Shown here: positions 60,265 through 64,000 of the stretch, piece after piece | Position numbering within the stretch: position 1 is the stretch's first letter | Layout of the letters: every line of letters begins with the position of its first letter | DNA from: Mantamonas sphyraenae STR306 | Taxonomy: Eukaryota > Protista > CRuMs | Reading direction: 5' to 3' | Length of the DNA: 64,000 bases | NCBI GenBank assembly: GCA_026936335.1 | Contig: JAPMXV010000029.1 | Span: forward strand, 248,001-312,000 | Made by a program: the position numbers and the translations under genes | Notes under the pieces: generated by a model | Seen by the model: only the letters and a program-made list of their open reading frames with translations | The model's database searches: none | Told to the model about the DNA's origin: nothing

Positions 60265-62601
60265 TCACACAGAGATGGAGCCCTTGCGGAACTCGGTCTT
60301 GCCAATGAGCATGTTGACGAGCACCGGGTGGCCCGAGGAGGCGTACTTCTTGGCGACGTCGATGGTGGACTTGATCTTGCCCTCCTGGCTGCACTTGAGC
60401 CCCTTGGCGCCGAGGCCCTTGACGCAGTCGTTGTAGTCGGAAAACTCCAGGTTGCAGGCTGCGTCCGACTCCAGCAGGATCACCTGGTCGCGGTAGATCT
60501 GCTGCCAGCACGCATCGTTGCCAATCAGACCAATCACAGGCACCTGGTGGCGCACAAACGTGTCGTACTCGATCATGGAGTAGCCCACAGAGCCGTCACC
60601 CCAGATGACCCACACCTCGGCCTCGGGACGCACCAGTTTGGCACCCAGCGCAAAGCCGGCGCCCACACCCAGTGTGCCAAACGCACCCGGGTCCAACCAC
60701 GACAACGGCGCACGCGGCTGCGTGATGTAGCTTGCCGTAGCCACAAAGTCGCCTCCGTCGGCCACCAGAATGGCCTCGTCCGCCATGTAGCGTTCCAGAG
60801 TGGCGCACACCTTGAGCGGGTTCATGTACTGAGACACCTCCGCCTCCATCTGCTCGCGGATCGAGTCCTCGCGCTGGTGGTTCAGCTGGGACAGCTCGTC
60901 GAACCAGGTGACCCAGTGCTGTCGCGGGTGGTTCAGTTTGGCGTCCGCCGTGCCGCCCACACGTGCCTTCATCACCGCGGCCAGCGCCACAATGAACGAA
61001 GCAGGGTCAGCGTTGCACGACACCGCAGGCATCACCGAGTTGAGCGTCAGGTCGTCCAGGCTGCGGTTGCAGGTGATGACCTTGCCCCGCTTGATCGACA
61101 GACCATACTGCATGCGAAAGTCCAGCGGCACGCCCATGACAAACACCACATCCGCCTTCTTCAGCGCGTTGGTGCGCTTGTGGCGGAACTGCACCGGGTT
61201 GTTGCGTCCCAGCAGGCCGCGTGCCATGCCCGACAGGTAGGTGGGCATGTTCAGAAACTCCAGCGCCGCAGCGAGTGCCTTGGCTCCCTCGGGGCCTCCC
61301 AGCATGCACTGCGACCCAATCAGGATCACAGGACGCTTGGCGGCAAACAGAAGATCGGCAGCGTTGTGCACCTGGTACGTGGGCGGCTTGGGCACATCCA
61401 CGGGCAGCGGCTGCTTCAGCACCGTCGCCGTCTGCAGACCCGCAAACAGATTGTTCATGTAGTTGTTCAGGTACATGCCCAGGAAGAAGTTGACCAATCC
61501 CGGACCGGCCGTGCGGTCCACAAACTCCTTGCGCGTCAGCTCCTCCTGGTACAGCGTGTCCAGCGGAAGCTCCACAAACACGGGGCCCGGCACACCCGAC
61601 TGCGCAACCTGGAAGGCCTTTTCAATGGCCGGCACAATCTCGCGCACCGTCTGCGGCCTGGAAACCCACTTGCAGATCGGCTCCATCAGCGCAACCTGGT
61701 CAATGTCCTGCAGCGCGCCGCGGCCCCGCACAATCGTCGCCGCCGCACCGCCAAACAGCACCAGTGGCGACTGTGCCATTTGTGCGTTCTTGATGGCCGT
61801 CACCGTGTTTGTCACACCGGGTCCTGCCGTCACCTGCAAGCGTGTGTCGCGTGCGGTGTGTGTGTGTGCCCCCCACCGTGTCAGTCCCAACAACCCATTG
61901 CGCGCCAAAAAACGTGCCGGGGCTCCGAAACGGCAAAAAACACGTGTTCCGCGTCGCCCTGCTACGTACCGCTGCCACACCGGGCTTGCCGGTGAGTCGG
62001 GCCACGGCGTCAGCCGCAAACACTGCGTTGACCTCGTGGCGCACGTCAATAATGCGGATGCCGCGCTCCTTGGCGCCGACAATCATGGGGCTGATGTGCC
62101 CGCCAATCAGGGTGAACAGAAACTCGACGCCATGCTTCTGCAGCACTGCTCCCACAAGGTCACCAGCATGGCGCACCTTGCCCACAGGCTCACGCGGACT
62201 GAGTGCATGCATCCAAACCATGGCCGTGTGTCCATGCGTGTGTCAGCGCAAGTCGAAAAAGCTCGTCCGTCAAAAAGGGCGCCAACACCGACACGTGGTC
62301 GCCCCCCACCCCTTCCCTCTCTCTCACTCTCTCACGATGTGAAAACATACTACGAGCTGTCTGCCTTTTCCGACACCAGCCACTTGATGGCATAGATGAC
62401 TGTCACAGCCATGAGGACGTAGAGGCCCAGGCCCAGCAGCCACTGTTCGGGCAGCTCGTTCGGATCCAGGTACTTCATGCCCAGCGTCCACGCAGGACCA
62501 AACTGGAACCGGATCAGGTGCTTGGCACGGTCCAAGTCGTTCTTCATGAATTCTTGTGTGGCAGCCCATGCTGCCCAGAAGGTCACCTTCAGCTCGTCCA
62601 T
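60265..62601 (-). CDS. ILVBL: Acetolactate synthase-like protein / 2-hydroxyacyl-CoA lyase 2; 2 introns
   Basis: N-terminal [79 protein letters not shown] motif GDGS...[12 protein letters not shown]. Confidence 0.93.
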
Positions 62602-62672
62602 GCTTCTTCTCTCCAGTGGCAGCACTCGCAGCGCAGCGCACTCCCTCCACCAACACGTCTCCAAAACCCCCA
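62602..62672. promoter_or_regulatory. Probable minimal bidirectional promoter region (ILVBL / F-box-LRR)
   Basis: 71 bp between the inferred divergent ATGs. Ends in CCAAAACCCCCA-ATG. Confidence 0.45.
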
Positions 62673-64000
62673 ATGGGAAACACGTCCAGTGGTCATCCGG
62701 ATTCTTCTTCGTCTTCTTCTTCCTCCCAGCCATCTTCCTCAGCGTGGGCCAACTTCTCCTCGCCCTTTGTTCAGGACCTTGCCCATGCCGTCGCCCGTGT
62801 TGGACTGGCTCGGCAGAACTCTCTCGGTGCGGATGCGTACGAGGACGACGACTACTTTCCCCCCATCCTCGAACTCCCCCACGAGGTCATGGTCAACATC
62901 TTCCGCCACCTCTCGTGCGTCACATGCCCCCAGCATCCTCCTCCCTTTGCGAATTCTGGACCGTCGCTGACACATCTTGCCCCCCCCCTTCGCGCCTCCC
63001 AGTGACGAAGAGAAGTGTTCCTGCATGCTTGTGTGCCAGGACTGGGAGTACACATTGCGTTCGCCTGAGCTCTGGGAGCATGAGCCCAGCGTACTGCAGA
63101 AGTACCAGGGGTTGATCACCGACGAGTACCTTGCCAAACTTTGCTCCACAGTGCTGCAGTACGCACAGCACGTGCGTCTCGACTGGTCCGAGGTCTCTGC
63201 AGATGGCTTCCTGGACTTTGCAAACATCTGTGGGCCCACCCTTCGTTCGCTCAACGTCTCCCATTGCCCAAACGTCGGTCCTGCCCTGGACTTGATGCTT
63301 CGCCTCATGCCCCAGCTCAGACAGCTCAGAATCGCTTCCACGCGCTTCGACCGCGCCATCTTTGGCCTCATCGCAAAGAATCTTCCCGACCTCACCCTCC
63401 TTGACCTCAGCTACACCTCTGTGCGCGACGACGACATCATCGACATCATTGAAGCCTGCCCGAACATCCAACACCTCCATCTCGACGGCTGTTCCGACCT
63501 TGAGGGCGCATTCTTTGCCCATTGCCAACACTTGCGTTCCCTGACCATCACCAACTGCTACAACATCCCCTTCGAGCACCTGGACACCCTTGCCGCGAAC
63601 GCAACCAATCTCCATGTCCTCGACGTGTCCACTGTGGCCAATCTCAACTGCACCGTCGTCATGGACATTGTCGAGGCGTGCACTCACCTGGAAGAACTCA
63701 CAGTTGGCCACCTGCAAGAAAAGTCGCACACCGAAGCGAACAATCTCCCAGGGCGCTCCGTCACAAACACGTCCCTCCGCACTCTCATCAACCGTGGTGG
63801 CCCTCTTCCCATCATCGATGAGCTCGTGCGATCCGCTCCGCAGCTTCGCGTCCTCCGTCTCTCCTCGGGAGGGTGGAAACCACAGAAGAACATCACATGG
63901 GCCACAAACCCACCCTGCGCAGAGTCTCTCCGTGAAATCTACCTGGACGGCCAGATGTTCCATGACTACGATGACATCCACGCTGTCGTGACTGCCTTTC
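62673..64000 (+). CDS. F-box/leucine-rich repeat protein (3'-truncated); 1 intron ~62915-63002
   Basis: Starts MGNTSSG. F-box ILELPHEVMVNIFRHLS|DEEKCSCMLVCQDW. LRRs (LRSLNVSHCPNV, CPNIQHLHLDGC) stay open to the end of the window. Confidence 0.85.

Noticed and set aside
61830-62350. TPP riboswitch in the introns of the TPP-dependent ILVBL gene
   Set aside because: No CTGAGA plus CCTGAT...AATGC core was found in either intron.
1-64000. Numerous long antisense or alternative-frame ORFs (e.g. 39616..41430, 43302..45995, 59980..61995, 21762..23540)
   Set aside because: They are shadows of GC-rich coding sequence on the opposite strand, with no recognisable motifs.
1-64000. Stop-codon reassignment suggested by the strong TGA bias
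   Set aside because: TAA (HECT, VAMP) and TAG (CSL, TyrRS) terminate genes at plausible ends, and long CDSs contain no in-frame TAA/TAG.
1-64000. tRNA, rRNA, CRISPR arrays, transposons, U12-type introns
   Set aside because: None recognised. Repeats are simple micro-repeats only, and no RTATCCTT donors were seen.
39580-64000. HECT and F-box genes as further Notch-pathway members (Nedd4/Su(dx), Fbw7)
   Set aside because: The HECT protein lacks C2/WW domains and the F-box proteins have LRRs rather than WD40, so they are not those families.

Overview
Gene-dense, GC-rich nuclear DNA from a unicellular eukaryote, probably flagellated (it carries CLUAP1/IFT38). It has short GT-AG spliceosomal introns, uses the standard genetic code with a strong TGA stop bias, and most intergenic gaps are under ~100 bp. 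About 24 protein genes are recognisable: plant-type sacsin-RING (5'-truncated), a DUF3592-like membrane protein, FAM50/XAP5, a lipase, an XK-family protein, a PX protein, a coiled-coil protein, ATG8, a VNX1-type cation/H+ exchanger, TIPIN/Swi3, an OYE flavin oxidoreductase, a signal peptide+TM+ankyrin protein, a brevin R-SNARE, a CSL (RBPJ/Su(H)/LAG-1) transcription factor, 6-phosphogluconolactonase, an EOGT-like GT61, a giant HECT E3, a DDIAS-like OB-fold protein, SBDS, two F-box/LRR proteins, CLUAP1, GUCD1, bacterial-type TyrRS and ILVBL. The most notable feature is an ~11 kb block (28.6-39.5 kb) in which a divergent CSL gene lies 1.2 kb from a single-pass receptor-like protein with a cytoplasmic ankyrin array, and near an EOGT-like glycosyltransferase. 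This is a candidate Notch-like module in a protist and remains a hypothesis. Six single-base frameshifts split otherwise intact genes and are most likely assembly indels. All family assignments come from motif recognition by eye; no searches were run. No tRNA, rRNA, CRISPR or mobile element was recognised.
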